Assembly: GCA_951406725.2 (NCBI GenBank)
Contig: OX597814.1
Coordinates: forward strand, 59,954,001 to 60,018,000
Length of the DNA: 64,000 bases
Source: Octopus vulgaris
Lineage: Eukaryota
Reading direction: 5' to 3'
The notes beneath the pieces were generated by a model, which worked only from the letters and a program-made list of their open reading frames with translations, made no database searches and was not told where the DNA came from. Position numbers and translations under genes: made by a program. Each line of letters opens with the position of its first letter. Within the stretch, counting starts at the first letter, position 1. Positions 24,672 through 37,439 of this stretch are shown piece by piece.

Positions 24672-26060
24672 GTCGCAAAGAAACCCTAAAGACCGGTGGC
24701 CTATAGCCTCTTTTCAAAGTGGGGAGAGAAATTACCTCATAGCTTGTTGAACACAGATAAAAGAAGCGTTAAGCGCAAGTGATGGTATCCCTTAGATCGC
24801 TATCCGGAATCCACCCGGTCAGTTTGCGGGTTCCAAGATTTCAGCAGGAATCTCCTGAAGTGTAAGCCTGATCCGGAGACTTCCATCCTAGGTCGAGGGA
24901 TTACTTTAATATCCTCGCCCGTTCAGCTATGCACTGCTTCCAACGTTTGCTCCCATTGATAGAGGGACCCGATTTTTCTAATACTTTCAATGAAATTACT
25001 TGTGGAGTCCCTTCATCCTTCAGGCGCAACACGTAGCTGGTCAAGGATGTGGCATATCGTCACTTCGGGATTCTAAGCGAGAATCTGTGATTGGAGAAGC
25101 GCTGCTTGGATGTGTCTTCGAATATGGCTGTTGGCGATGTTATTTCTGTTGATGTTGATGCTGCTCTTCCGCTGTTGTTGGTGCTAATATTGTTTAGTGT
25201 TGGTATTGTTAAAGCTGGCTTAAGGGAATCATCTGTGGCGGGATTGGTACTGTGTCTTTGTTGGTGCTGCTATAGCCATCGTCGAGACTGTAGGAGCTGT
25301 TATCGGCGCTATAGTGTTGGCTGGTATTGTCGTTGTTATCGTCATTAGTATTATCATTATTGATGGCGGAGCTGCTGCTATTTCTGCTAGAGTTGCTGCC
25401 ATTGTCATTGATAGTGCCATTCCTGTTAATGTAGTAATAGCTGGGAAAGCTGCTGCTACCTTTAGGGTCAGATACCACCTCAGCCTCGTAAACGATCCCC
25501 TTGATTTTGCATTGGCCTCCCACTGGACATCTGTTGTAATCCCTGCATGAGCATCCCATCTTTGTTCGTGACCTAGGGATATCAGCTCAAATACTATTAT
25601 TGGGGGGGGGAGCTAAAAGAGACTTCGGTTGTGTCTGTTGAATATTCATTCATACCTATGTGATTGTGTAAAGTGCTTATCTACAAGCCTAAGGAATATC
25701 CTACCTACACACGTTTTTTACGTTGAGAAGTGGGGCTAGGGGCAAAACAAATGATATTTCGGCGGCGCTTCCTTCTATGGTTGTTAAGATCCGGCATGTA
25801 GGATATGCGGCCCTTTAATTCACTAGCAGTTAGAGCCTCGTTATAGTAGGAGACTGCTACGTCGAAAATTCCTTCGCTAGAAGAAAGGTCTTACTGACAC
25901 CCTACACCGAATTTTAAACACAATGAGTGGGTGGCAAGAGTAAGTGCTGATATATGCCAGCCTCTCATTTGGCTTGCGGTAGGGACTCTATGTACCAGAG
26001 CTCAAGTCGAGTGTGAGGTTTAAGAAGTCCGCGGTGATGAGGTTGGTCTCATTAACCAAA
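24670..26060 (-). mobile_element. Penelope-like element 3' part (RT thumb, Cys linker, GIY-YIG)
   Basis: GCSCRDYNRCPVGGQCKIKGIVYEAEV, then KQRFSNH..YATSLTSYV..LKD. Upstream YRVPTASQMRGWHISALTLATHSL and FDVAVSYYNEAL are thumb-like. Confidence 0.8.
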
Positions 26061-26218
26061 AACATATTTGTTTAAACTATATTTTTGTTACTTTTCATTT
26101 GTCTTGCTCGCTTACGTTCTGGTGTTTGCTAAATTTTCCTGACAACATTTCTTAGTGGTATGTCCATAGCGGATTTACTTCTAGCATAAGGGTTGTCCAC
26201 ATAGTAGTCATCCTTCTC

Positions 26219-26276
<58 letters not shown>

Positions 26277-26458
26277 ATACATACATATATGTATATATAA
26301 ACAAATAGGTATATATATATATATACATATATATGTATATATATAATTATATGTGTATATATTTATATATATACATATATGTATATATAGATATACATAT
26401 ATGTGTGTATATATAAATGTATGTGTGTGTATATACATATATATATGTTTTATATATA

Positions 26459-26511
<53 letters not shown>

Positions 26512-26602
26512 ACACACACGTATAAGTATATATATATATACATATGGACATCTTTATATATACATACATATATATGGACATCTTTATATATACATACATA
26601 TA

Positions 26603-26658
<56 letters not shown>

Positions 26659-26820
26659 TATATATGTATATACACACAAACATTGTTGTATTCCCGAAAT
26701 GCAACAATACTTGTTTCAACACATGACTTAACATCAGGAATTTTGCAGCACAAGTTTATATATATATATATAGACAGACAGACTAAGAGATATAATCTAA
26801 CATATATACATATGTATATA

Positions 26821-27445
26821 CAGGGTGCGGTAAATACATTGTCCTCTAAATCAGGTAAAAATGAAAATAGGACTGACGTCTCATTTTAACAGATATGTTT
26901 ACCATAATTACATTAAAATATGTTAAAATACTAAAGAATAAATGTACTCAATATAATCGCCATTGGCTACAGTCACGCCCTCCAGACAACATCAGAATCT
27001 CCTGCAATCCTTCAGGATGGCCTCCTTGTTTAAGTTGATGAATACTGACATAAGTCTTCCCTTTAGTTCACCGTTGGTGTTACAAGGAATTTTGTTGGTT
27101 TCCCGCTCAACTGTGCCCACACATAATGAAAAAGGGGATTGCAGTCTGGGGAGTTAGGTGGCCAGTTATTAGGGGTGATGTGGTTGCAGAAATTGTTTGA
27201 CAGCCATGAATGGGCTCTCCTGTGTGTATGGCATGGTGCAGAGTCCTGTTGCCAGACATAGGGTTTATCTAGCAGGTACCCTCTTGGCACAGAGCAGCAC
27301 TACATCCTCCAGGCAGTTGATGTAGGCCTCCGTGTTGAGACTAAGGCCGTGTGGGAAGATGAATGGATGCATAACGTCGCCATCACTAGTGATCACTCCA
27401 AACACCATGAAGCTAAGTGGATGTCTGAGTTTTATCACGCTCGGT
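26821..27445 (-). mobile_element. maT/DD37D-like transposon 3' half
   Basis: YVWQQDSAPCH..WPPNSPDCNPL..YVW; the terminus TA|CAGGGTG lies at 26821. Confidence 0.85.
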
Positions 27446-27495
27446 ACTGCACTGTCCTCAGATTGACAGAAACTGAGAGTAGCTCGTCATATATA

Positions 27496-27559
<64 letters not shown>

Positions 27560-27584
27560 CATATATATATATATATATATATAT

Positions 27585-27712
27585 GCACAGGAGTGGTTCA
27601 GTCCCACTGCGTGGCATCTTGGGCAAGTGTCTTCTGCTATAGCCTCGGACCGAACAATGCCTTGTAAGTGGATTTGGTAGACGGAAACTGAAAGAAGCCT
27701 GTCATATATATG

Positions 27713-27743
<31 letters not shown>

Positions 27744-27962
27744 ACGTGTTTGTGTGTCTGTGTTTGTCCCCCTAGCATTGCTTGACAACCGATGCTGGTG
27801 TGTTTACGTCCCCGTCACTTAGCGGTTCGGCAAAAGAGAACGATAGAATAAGTACTGGGCTTACAAAGAATAAGTCCCGGGGTCGATTTGCTCGACTAAA
27901 GGCGGTGCTCCAGCATGGCCGCAGTCAAATGACTGAAACAAGTAAAAGAGTAAAGAGTAAGA
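27585..27962 (+). mobile_element. SINE (family of 7891)
   Basis: GGTTCAGTCCCACTGCGTGGCATCTTGGGCAAGTG..ATGACTGAAACAAGTAAAAGAGT. Confidence 0.8.
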
Positions 27963-27970
27963 GATAATTT

Positions 27971-28020
<50 letters not shown>

Positions 28021-28022
<2 letters not shown>

Positions 28023-28214
28023 CGTTATAAAAATAGGGTTCAGTAAATAATTTACCTTACCACACACCGAACTTTTTAGAAATAGCAGCCCAAAATCTTA
28101 GCTATTTCTTATAGCTTACAGTAGAAGAAATAGCTAAGATTTTTGACTGCTATTTCTAAAATGTTCGGTGTGTGGTAAAGTAAATTATTTTACAGAACCC
28201 TATTTTTATTACGT
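28021..28214. repeat. Hairpin, ~90-bp arms
   Basis: ATAGGGTTC.GTAAATAATTTAC.TTACCACACACCGAAC..AAGAAATAGCTAAGA..GTTCGGTGTGTGGTAAAGTAAATTATTT..GAACCCTAT. Confidence 0.9.
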
Positions 28215-28309
28215 AATGTTTCAAATATACCGTAAATGGTCTTTTTACATACTGAACACTACTTGGTAAAATTAATTAATAATTAATTAGTTTTACCCTT
28301 TTATTATTG

Positions 28310-28356
<47 letters not shown>

Positions 28357-28794
28357 GTGTGTTTCTTTGTGAGTGTGTGTTTGTGTGTGTATGTATGTTT
28401 ACACGCATGCGTCTCTGTGTGTCTGTGTCTGTCCGCCACCACCACTACTTGGCAACTGTTGTCTGTGTGTTTACATCCCTGCAACGTAGCAGTTTGGTAA
28501 AAATACATTATAAGTACCAGCCAAAAAGAAAATAAGCACTAAGGTTAATTCATCTGACTAAACAATTTTCAAGGCGTTGTCTTTCACGACAAGAGAATAC
28601 ATCATATATATATCTGTGTGCGTGTGATTAGTGTGTTGAAGTGTTGATTTGAGCAACTTCATGCTATCCGCACTCGGGGTATATTTCCGTTGCATCTACG
28701 TCAGGAACTTTGCAGTGTTAGCTGAGATAATGAGAATTGATTAAGTAAGATGTTATATTAATTGAGAATTGATTAAGCTAGATGTTATATTAAT

Positions 28795-29080
28795 CTTTAT
28801 TTTGTACAACGATAGTTTCGACCCATTCTGGTAATGTCCTGTATGTGTGGGACTCCATTCAACATGTTGTGCCGCATCCATTTTTTGCATTGCGATATTT
28901 GTAGCAATGTTTCATTCGCTAACTAGACGGACATATAACTCAGGACCTTTAGCTAGATATATGGATGTACCTGATGAGATGCAGACTGTGAAATGGATGC
29001 AACACAACATGCTGAACGGAATCTCACCCATAGGGATAGTAGCAGAATGGGTTAAAACGGCCGTTGTACAAAATAAGGAT
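28795..29080. repeat. Diverged inverted repeat, ~90-bp arms
   Basis: TTATTTTGTACAACG..ACCCATTCTG..CATGTTGTG..GCATCCATTT mirrors AAATGGATGC..CACAACATG..CAGAATGGGT..CGTTGTACAAAATAA. Confidence 0.85.
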
Positions 29081-29123
29081 TAATACCAAAACTAACTATC
29101 TTCTGATTAGTTAATCAGTTATC

Positions 29124-29183
<60 letters not shown>

Positions 29184-29209
29184 CATATACACATAAAGTG
29201 TGTGTGGAT

Positions 29210-29444
29210 GTGCAAAGGTAAGTTACAAGGATTAAGATGTAAAAGTTAGTGAGCTTCAAGCGATCGGTAGAAGATATAAAAAGCAACTTTCAAGAACTAT
29301 AATGCCCAACTTGTTAACACGGAATCTCCGAACGACAATGTAAACTTCAGCTTGTGGTCTACCCCTCGTTTGGAAAATTTACTACTTTCCAGGTTCCGCT
29401 AGCTATGAAACATATGTAGCCTGGGTTTTATCTGCTCCATTCTA

Positions 29445-29516
<72 letters not shown>

Positions 29517-29530
29517 TCTCACTCTACACG

Positions 29531-29572
<42 letters not shown>

Positions 29573-29836
29573 CACGTGATCACTTGATCGACAAGTCTAG
29601 CAGATGTTGTAACGCGTCGCTGCTCACAATGCGCTTTTCATTGTATTAGCGTTCAAATGACGCTACCACCCTGGCTAGGTGAACATGCAACCATTCCCCT
29701 GATCGAAAGGATGACTGGGACGATGTGAAATTAAATGTTTTGCTCCAGAACATAACTCGCTGCACAGTTAGTGAATCGAACTCACGATCTAGCGATCTTG
29801 AGTGCAAGAGTCTAACCACTGGGGTACGCGCTTTCA

Positions 29837-29881
<45 letters not shown>

Positions 29882-30720
29882 GTGTTTGTGTCTGTCTGTG
29901 TGTAACATACATTTACAGAGATATATATGAACACAACTACGGATACACATTAAACACAGAGTTGGCCACATTTACAGAAACACCATGTATATGTGCTTAT
30001 GTGTGTGTTCCTGTGAACACATACACACTTTATGCAATGTTTTCAAAGTCATGTGATACAAATATACCGCTTCTCTATTGATTTGTTTGTATCATGGTGA
30101 AATGAAAATTATGCAAGAGTTCACCTCGACACAAACATTTATTAAATTATCACTACTTATTTTCTTTCTATCTAAACACGATCCTTTTGAAAAGTAATTT
30201 CATCCATTAATTATGATACCCCTCTTTGACAACTACCCATTTTTCCAAAACGCAAAATATTTGTATACATAATGTTCTTATTAGTTGAAGCAAATTCTAT
30301 TTACAAATTGACTTTAATAACCTGACCGCTTTATTTCTTAATCGATACGAGTATCTAATTATATAACGATAGCTTACATTTGAATAACACTGATTCAAAC
30401 TGATTCATTATATAACAGAAACAATTAACAGTTTGTCACTTATTGATTACGAATGTTGATACTCTATTAAGGATAATGATAAGGTTCTAACCATATGAAG
30501 ACATAGCTGATCATAATAGACGTATAATAAACTAGCTGCATTTCAGATGCACTTAATATAAAATGTTTACATGATTAATTAGCAAAACGTTCTTAAATCT
30601 GTCATAGAATAAATGGCTAATTTTAATAACGACATTTTAAAATAAATTTCTCTTCAACATGTAAGTATTTTCAAAATAAAATGGAAATGTTAGCGACAAC
30701 AATTTAACACTTGATCAAGA
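29210..30720 (+). pseudogene. Decayed Ty3/Gypsy gag-PR, interrupted
   Basis: QAIGRRYKKQLSRTIMPNLL..GLP resembles ELGDRKPSQLLRRM..RLP; ICLYHG (~30081) resembles the gag CWYH knuckle. Confidence 0.45.
29570..29835 (-). mobile_element. SINE related to the 12158 family
   Basis: ATCACGTGATCAC..CAGATGTTGTAAC.CGTCGCTG.TCACAATGCGC..GAATCGAACTCACG..CTAACCACT. Confidence 0.7.
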
Positions 30721-30914
30721 AATGCACCAAAGGTTCTTTCTTTCTTGTTTTACATGCGCAAACATTAGTTTAAATAATGGGGGCAATTATTTATATGCAT
30801 ATATACACATGCATATACGTAAATATGTATGTATTAATGTGCATATGTGTTTGTGGGGGTGTTTGCATGTGTGTGTGTGTTTGTATCTATATATGTATGT
30901 ATACTTACATACAC

Positions 30915-31735
30915 ATGGAGTTCGGTGTAAATTCCTCAGTTTGCATAAAAGGAAAAGAAAACTCTATCTAATCCCAAAATAAAATTATTTAAAAAAATCA
31001 AAACTATCAACTAGACAGGAGATAACAGTTTACGCAATTTCAGTTTCAACAACAGCCTCAAGACGGTTCCGGAACCTGGCGCATGTGATCTTCATTTTAT
31101 CCCTTGGAAGGTGATTGAACAAAATCTGATCTTGGACATCGGTCCGGCCTTCATGTTGCAGACATAGCAATGCTTCTCTGGACTGCGCCTAAAATTATAG
31201 TAATCCAATGGAATATATTAGCAAGATAGAAATCGGTATAGTAGAAATTTTCCGACAACTACGTCTGATTAATGTCGGGGGTATTAATCCTGAGTCGAAT
31301 CCTGCTGAAAAACATTTGGCCTTCCTGTAGCAACCCGTTCCAGTCAGATTTGGACCATAGTCATCAGCAGCTCCACATTGGACCCTGAATTATGCCGAAG
31401 TCTTTGCAGTGCAGCTGTTGGATGAACACCGGCGTGAGAACGCAGTCACAACGATTGCTGTTTTCCTTCATGCTCTTCACTTCTTCATAGTCACAATTGC
31501 AGCTGTCCACGTCACCTGATACAGCCTTTACAGTGTTCACAGAGATCAGAGAAGTCATGCTGTCAACACTTTCACACTCGGTGCGAATCATCATGATAGA
31601 GGTAAATCTTTTCCAATACTCAGATAGCTTTCACTCCCCCATGTCAGATAACCTTTTCCCAAATATAATTTTAATCTTCATGTTCTACAATGCTATTAAC
31701 TTTTTACCAACACTTCAGGCTGTTCTTGAAAACAG
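30915..31735 (-). mobile_element. Degraded Tc1/mariner-superfamily remnant
   Basis: Weak transposase-like stretches (SVNTVKAV..DF, QQDST). The 3' flank resembles that of the 26.8-kb element. Confidence 0.4.
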
Positions 31736-31742
31736 AAAGTAT

Positions 31743-32551
31743 ATATTGGATGTGGAATAATTCATGAGCGTTTTTTTTTTTTCAAATTTAAAAATATACG
31801 CAGAAATACAACGCATTGGCAAAGCGTTTTATGTTATTTGAAAAATAATTTTTGCTCTAGTATGTTTTGATATTTTAATTTTATTGATTTTTGTGCATTT
31901 TCAGATCATTAAAATGAAATGTCGAGTGGTCAAAACAGAGCATTTTCGACACCATTTGCTTTTTGCATTTAATCGATGTGTTAAGCTGCTCGTGAGATGT
32001 GTGCTGTGTATGGAGAAGGACCAATGCTTCAAAGGACATCCCGCTGTTGATTTTTGCGCTTCAAAAAATGGGAATTCTGACCTCAAGGACGAATGATATA
32101 CCGGTCGACCAACTGTTTTCGATGAAGACCGATTGAATCAACTTTTCCACAAAAATCCACGTCAAATGACAAGAGAATTGGCGGAGTAGATGGGGTGTGA
32201 TAAAAAAAACTGGGCACTCAACGGGCAAGTTTCATTGAACTCAATTGGTCGACCGAACTTGAGGAAAAAATGATCCATCCTTGAAGTCAAAATTCCCATT
32301 TTTGAAGAGCGAAAACCAACAGCTGGCCATACTATGAGGCATTGCTCCTTCTCCAAACACAGCACAAATCTCACAAGCAGCTTCGTCGGGTTTAACACTT
32401 CGAATGAATTCAAAAAGGAAATGGCGTCGAAAATGATGAGTTTTGTTCACTTGACCTTCCATTTTAATTATGTAAAAATAGACAAAAATCAATAAAATCA
32501 AAAGCTCCAAACACACAGTCTTGTAGGGCAAAAACATCTCTTTCAAATAAC
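31743..32551. mobile_element. Two convergent mariner 5' fragments (HTH region)
   Basis: Plus strand: MKCRVVKTEHFRHHLLFAFN..KNGNSDLKD. Minus strand: MEGQVNKTHHFRRHFLFEF..EICAVFGEGA..WFSLFKNGNFDFKD. Confidence 0.85.
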
Positions 32552-32621
32552 AAAACATTTTCTATGTATGTATGTAAGTATGTATGTCTGCATGTATAGT
32601 GTTATATGTATGAATGGATGT

Positions 32622-32695
<74 letters not shown>

Positions 32696-32726
32696 GCACA
32701 CACACACACACACGCACATATATATA

Positions 32727-32761
<35 letters not shown>

Positions 32762-32780
32762 ATATGTATAAGTATATAAA

Positions 32781-33437
32781 TCAGGTCGTCCCATATGTTC
32801 TGTCCGAATTTGGAATGAAGGAAACAAGTGATCAATGTTATATTTCATTGAAATCTAATCATCAATGTACTTTCTCTCTTTATCTATGACTTCCTTTCAT
32901 CTATTTACAAGCTTTTTAATCCCATGAATGTAAAACTCTTTTGATTTCAAAGCGAAGAACTCTGAAATGTCAGTTTCGACCTCCTCCTGGCTTGCGAAAT
33001 TTATGTTACCCCAAATGATTCTGTAAACTACGAAACAAATGGTAGCCTCACGGAGCAAGGTCGAAAGAATAAGATGGATGATCTTCATCTTCAAGGCTGA
33101 AATCTCCACTTCTGAATTTTGCAAACCATCTTCTGCAAGTTCTTTCATTCATTCATTCTTTCCCATAAAATGAGTGTATGTTTCGAGTCGCTTCGGCTGC
33201 AGATTTTCCTTTTTTGTACTCATAAGGCATTAAATGCTCTTTGGATACTTCCATGTTAGAAACGGCTTTAATTAAAGAAATTTTAATTCTATTATTTTCT
33301 AAAATAATATCTAATTAGTTTAAATGTACACAAATGCATAAAAATAATTTAAATTCCATTAGACATTCTAAAATCATTTTAAATTTCATTCAATTTTGAA
33401 AAAGCTAAAATCGGACAGAACTTATGGTATGATCTGA
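32781..33437 (-). mobile_element. Internally deleted mariner with TIRs
   Basis: TIRs TCAGGTCGTCCCATATGTTCTGTCCGA / TCGGACAGAACTTATGGTATGATCTGA. N-terminal SAAEATRNI..RWFAKFRSGDFSLED is joined to C-terminal DLAP..YHLFRSLQNHL. Confidence 0.9.
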
Positions 33438-33955
33438 TATATAATACATGTGTATATATATATATATAGGTTTGTATATATGGGTATATATTTATAGACA
33501 TAAATATAGATACATATAGGATATATGTAAGTGTGTGTGTGTGTGTGTGTGTGTTACCTTAGGTAAGGAATTTTCCAATAAAGACATACTGCCTCTATTT
33601 CATTTCATTTACTAGTTACTCTTCAATAAGTTAGTAAGTGGCCAGTTTCCCAATCGATTCCTTGTGCAATCGTTTGATCCATTCAGTATTCAGTTCTGTT
33701 ATTATTAGCTTTCGTTGTCTTCAGTGATACCATAATTCCAATGTTCTCATTTATGAGGTTAGCTACGAAGTATCGAACTATTCAACATATTTTACATGAG
33801 GCTTGTAATGCGTCAAAGTCTCTGTGCGTGAATATGAGGCTACAGTTGCGTAGTGCAAATGAGGAGCGGACTTGCGTGCGAGCGCTTACGAGCTTGCTTA
33901 CTAAATGCCGCGATAGGACATTATACGTGGGTATGTCAAATTCTTTCACTCACAA

Positions 33956-34009
<54 letters not shown>

Positions 34010-34149
34010 TTAGAGGGCATTATACATACATGCCAGAGGGCATTATACATACATGCCACACGCTAAGAGGGACAATTAGTCATTTCTACCAAAAATATTA
34101 CTAATCCCACCGAATGCAATTTTTCAAAGTAAGACATTTAAAAAATATA

Positions 34150-34195
34150 GACCTGTATCACAGTGATTTCATACTTACGTATTCATCAGCAGGCC
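34150..34195 (-). ncRNA. Type I hammerhead ribozyme
   Basis: Reverse complement of 34669-34714. Confidence 0.85.
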
Positions 34196-34668
34196 TGGAT
34201 GTATCATACATAAACGACCCTGCCTCGCTCAAGCCGATCAGCTAACTGATCAACATCAACGAAGCACATGAGTGAGTTTACATATATTACATCCGGTAAA
34301 TGTCGGACTTTTACGAATTGCATTTCGGGAAAGGAAAAGTTTTTTCGGAATAAAAATTTAGCAATTAAGGACAACTACTTAATAAGGAAAACTTAACAAG
34401 AAATTGTCAGGTAGATAGCGTGAAAACCTCATAAGAGAAAAAATTTCGAAAATAATTATTTCTTATTGAACATATTAATTTATATATAGAGGGCATTATA
34501 CATACATGCCAGAGGGCATTATACATACATGCCACACGAAATGCAATTCGTAAAAGTCCGACATTTACCGGATGTAATATATGTAAACTCACTCATGTGC
34601 TTCGTTGATGTTGATCAGTTAGCTGATCGGCTTGAGCGAGGCAGGGTCGTTTATGTATGATACATCCA

Positions 34669-34714
34669 GGCCTGCTGATGAATACGTAAGTATGAAATCA
34701 CTGTGATACAGGTC
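34669..34714 (+). ncRNA. Type I hammerhead ribozyme
   Basis: GGCCUG-CUGAUGA-AUAC(GUAA)GUAU-GAAA-UCACUGUGA-UA-CAGGUC: full core, 6-bp stem I, 4-bp stem II with a GNRA loop, quasi-palindromic stem III. Predicted AUA cleavage after 34708. Confidence 0.85.
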
Positions 34715-35069
34715 TATATTTTTTAAATGTCTTACTTTGAAAAATTGCATTTATACTATTGTTTGTTAAGTAAACAACTTATTGATCTTATTTTTGGTGT
34801 AGCCTGCCTCTATGAGTGAGCAGGCGCTGCGTACAAACGAAAGAACTATACACATGTACGAAACAAGTAATATTATGATTTCCTGCGTCAAATTTCCTCG
34901 ATGCTATGCATTAATGGGTTAAGATAGTGCTATCTGTGGGTATTGAGTTATTTTGACTCTCATTTCTAGCAATGCAGGTACTACGTAGTGATGTCTATAA
35001 TTTTTGCCTTCAGATTGTTATATTGCTAATAAGCTACCCATTTTATTTGTTGTATATATATATATATAT

Positions 35070-35291
35070 ATTCTTTTATTCTTTTACTCTTTTACCTGTT
35101 TCAGTCATTTTCACTGGGACCATGCTGGAGCACCGCCTTTGGTCGAGCAAATCAACCCCAGGACTTATTGTTTGTAAGCCTTGTACTTATTCTATCGACT
35201 TTTTTGCCGAACCGCTAAGTTACGGAGATGTAAACAATCCAGCATCTGTTGTCAAGCGATGTTCTGGTGACACACACAAACACACACACAC

Positions 35292-35328
<37 letters not shown>

Positions 35329-35445
35329 GACGAGCTTCTTTCAGTTTCCGTCTACCAAATTCACTCACAAGTCTTTGGTCGGCCCGAAGCTATAGTAGAA
35401 GACACTTGCCCAAGGTGCCATGCTGTGGGACTGAACCCGGAACAA
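35070..35445 (-). mobile_element. SINE (family of 7891)
   Basis: TTTACCTGTTTCAGTCATT..GCCGAACCGCTAAGTTACGG..GACACTTGCCCAAGGTGCCA..GGGACTGAACCC. Confidence 0.8.
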
Positions 35446-35454
35446 TGCAGGTGC

Positions 35455-36912
35455 TATTCACATCTTTTTACTTCCGATATGTTTCAAAGAAAACATCGGT
35501 ATTATTCCAGAAGAAATAAAATGGTGTAAAACAATGCAATATTCTCATCAGCGACACGAAGAAAATGTCAAAAAGACATTTTAACAGAATGTGATGACTG
35601 TGTATATGATGAAGGGAACGCTAGCAAGTGCATTTAAAAAAAAAACGTTAGTAGATATAATATCAAATGTAGTTTATAGAAAGAGGAAGTGAAAGAAAGA
35701 AATAAGCAGAAAACTAATAGTGAAGTGATATAGAACGATAGTTGAATAGGAATAAAACTTAAAGGCATGGAAGTAGATGTAATAAGTGGAAGTGAAATGT
35801 AAGAAGACACTCAAAGGTCGAATATTATAGAATGGTAGGAATCATTTATAAGAACTAAAGGTATATTTTTGCCAATGTTTGCAACGATATACGCGTTCAA
35901 TAAACGTGTTTACAAGAGAATTATCTAAAAGCAGGATGAAATACATTTCACTGTTACAAAGCGAACAAAAAGATTTACCATTATCATACGGAAAAGATAT
36001 AGATAGGATATTCCATTCCAAATCAACTTGTTTCTTATGAACCTTTAGCTACCAAATTAATTTACTAAGCCCATCATTGCTACGTTTATTGATATGTCTA
36101 AACGTAGAGTAATGATTAGATTTTCTTTTGGGCAACTGAGATGAAGAACAACCTATATAAAATATGACGTCAGAATCGCAAGTGATTTTACATTGATAAA
36201 TAGTCTTAGAATTGCTGCTAAGCAAACGAATGCGATTGGAATCAACATCAGAAACATTAACACCGCTGCTATTATTATTTAAAGAATGGCTAGTGTTAAC
36301 AAAATCAATGATATTATTTTCATTAAGTGGATTTTTATTTAACAACTATAATTGTGCGAAGAGATGATTTGTGAATGATTTTAGTGTTAGAAAACCATAT
36401 CCTGATTCGGTGTGAATTTCTTGTGAAATTCTTTTCTATAGCCTCCCGAACCTGATAAGGGAGGTTGAATTTGATCTGCTTGCGATATGAAATTATTAAC
36501 CAAACAGTTTTGCTAGGACATAACTTGTTAAAAGTCCTCGATGTACCTTTATAACGAAAGAGGGTCTTAAATAACGGTTATCTCCCTTACGCTGCAGAAT
36601 TACATTACTCGATTTTGTGTATTCGAAATAGAATTAATATTGTTAATATCGTTATGACTTGATTTCATGTCCTGATTAACAGAGGCAGAATTAATGTCAA
36701 TAGGGTTAATATAGGTATTTTTATAGCCTGCTATGTAAGGCAGAGTCATAAAATTCAGCTTTATCGTTGAAGATATCAACATTAGCAGATAATCTAGGAA
36801 GTCTAAGTGAAATATGCCTAACTAAATTCTTTGTAATACCCTTAGCGTGATTACTGAAAGAGCTATTGTATTTCAAATTAGTTGACGGTTTATAGTATGG
36901 GAAATATGAATC
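35455..36912 (-). mobile_element. Penelope-like element: RT thumb, GIY-YIG, 3' terminal repeat with hammerhead relic
   Basis: YKPSTNLKYNSSFSNH..ISLRL.RLS..FYDSAL; IYQCKI..FYIGCS..KRKSNHYSTF..LSKLIW; CSLC. Downstream CUGAUGA..GAAACAUAUC at ~35543-35475. Confidence 0.85.
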
Positions 36913-36980
<68 letters not shown>

Positions 36981-37439
36981 CAATAGACGTCGTATTAAAA
37001 TAAGAGACACTGATAGATTGAGAAACGTTTCCAGGCAGTATCCTTTGTCTCCAAGGCACCAACAGGCTCCAGGCGCATGGTTTGTAAGTTATGGTGTGTT
37101 TCAGATCCGAAATTTTCAGCAAATGCCAGCATATGGACGAATTTCTTTTGTCAAACTGGAAGAGACCACCCTCACTGAAATGAACAGCTGTCGCGCGGAT
37201 TTGGACTCCAGTTCATTGAATTATTCTACACCATTTTAATTATTATTTCTTCAGTCATTGGGGACATAACATTATTCTTCTTTCTCTCATTTCTTCCTCC
37301 ATTTTTGTTCACCCTTAGTAATCAAATTCACCTTTTTGCTTCAAACTTTCTTTTCGTGGTTTTTCATGCACCAGCATCCTGCTTTTCAAGTAGAACAAAA
37401 CCAGTGCTCAGTGCCTGAAATCTGCTTGAAGATATAGGC

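Larger units (their letters stand above)
34113..34751. repeat. Perfect 215-bp inverted repeat (34113-34327 / 34537-34751)
   Basis: The arms read as exact reverse complements by eye. Confidence 0.95.
33555..35040 (+). pseudogene. Decayed Ty3/Gypsy RT to RH start, split by the hammerhead module
   Basis: ORF 33741 MFSFMRL..QHILHE..SANEE..ALTSLL resembles LFEFLRMPFGL..QRFIDE..ASANEEEH..HLRLLF; ALMG*DSAICG resembles LMVDASDSAIGG. Confidence 0.6.

Noticed and set aside
34011-34538. CRISPR-like 23-bp repeats
   Set aside because: Only adjacent doublets, without unique spacers or cas genes, in animal DNA.
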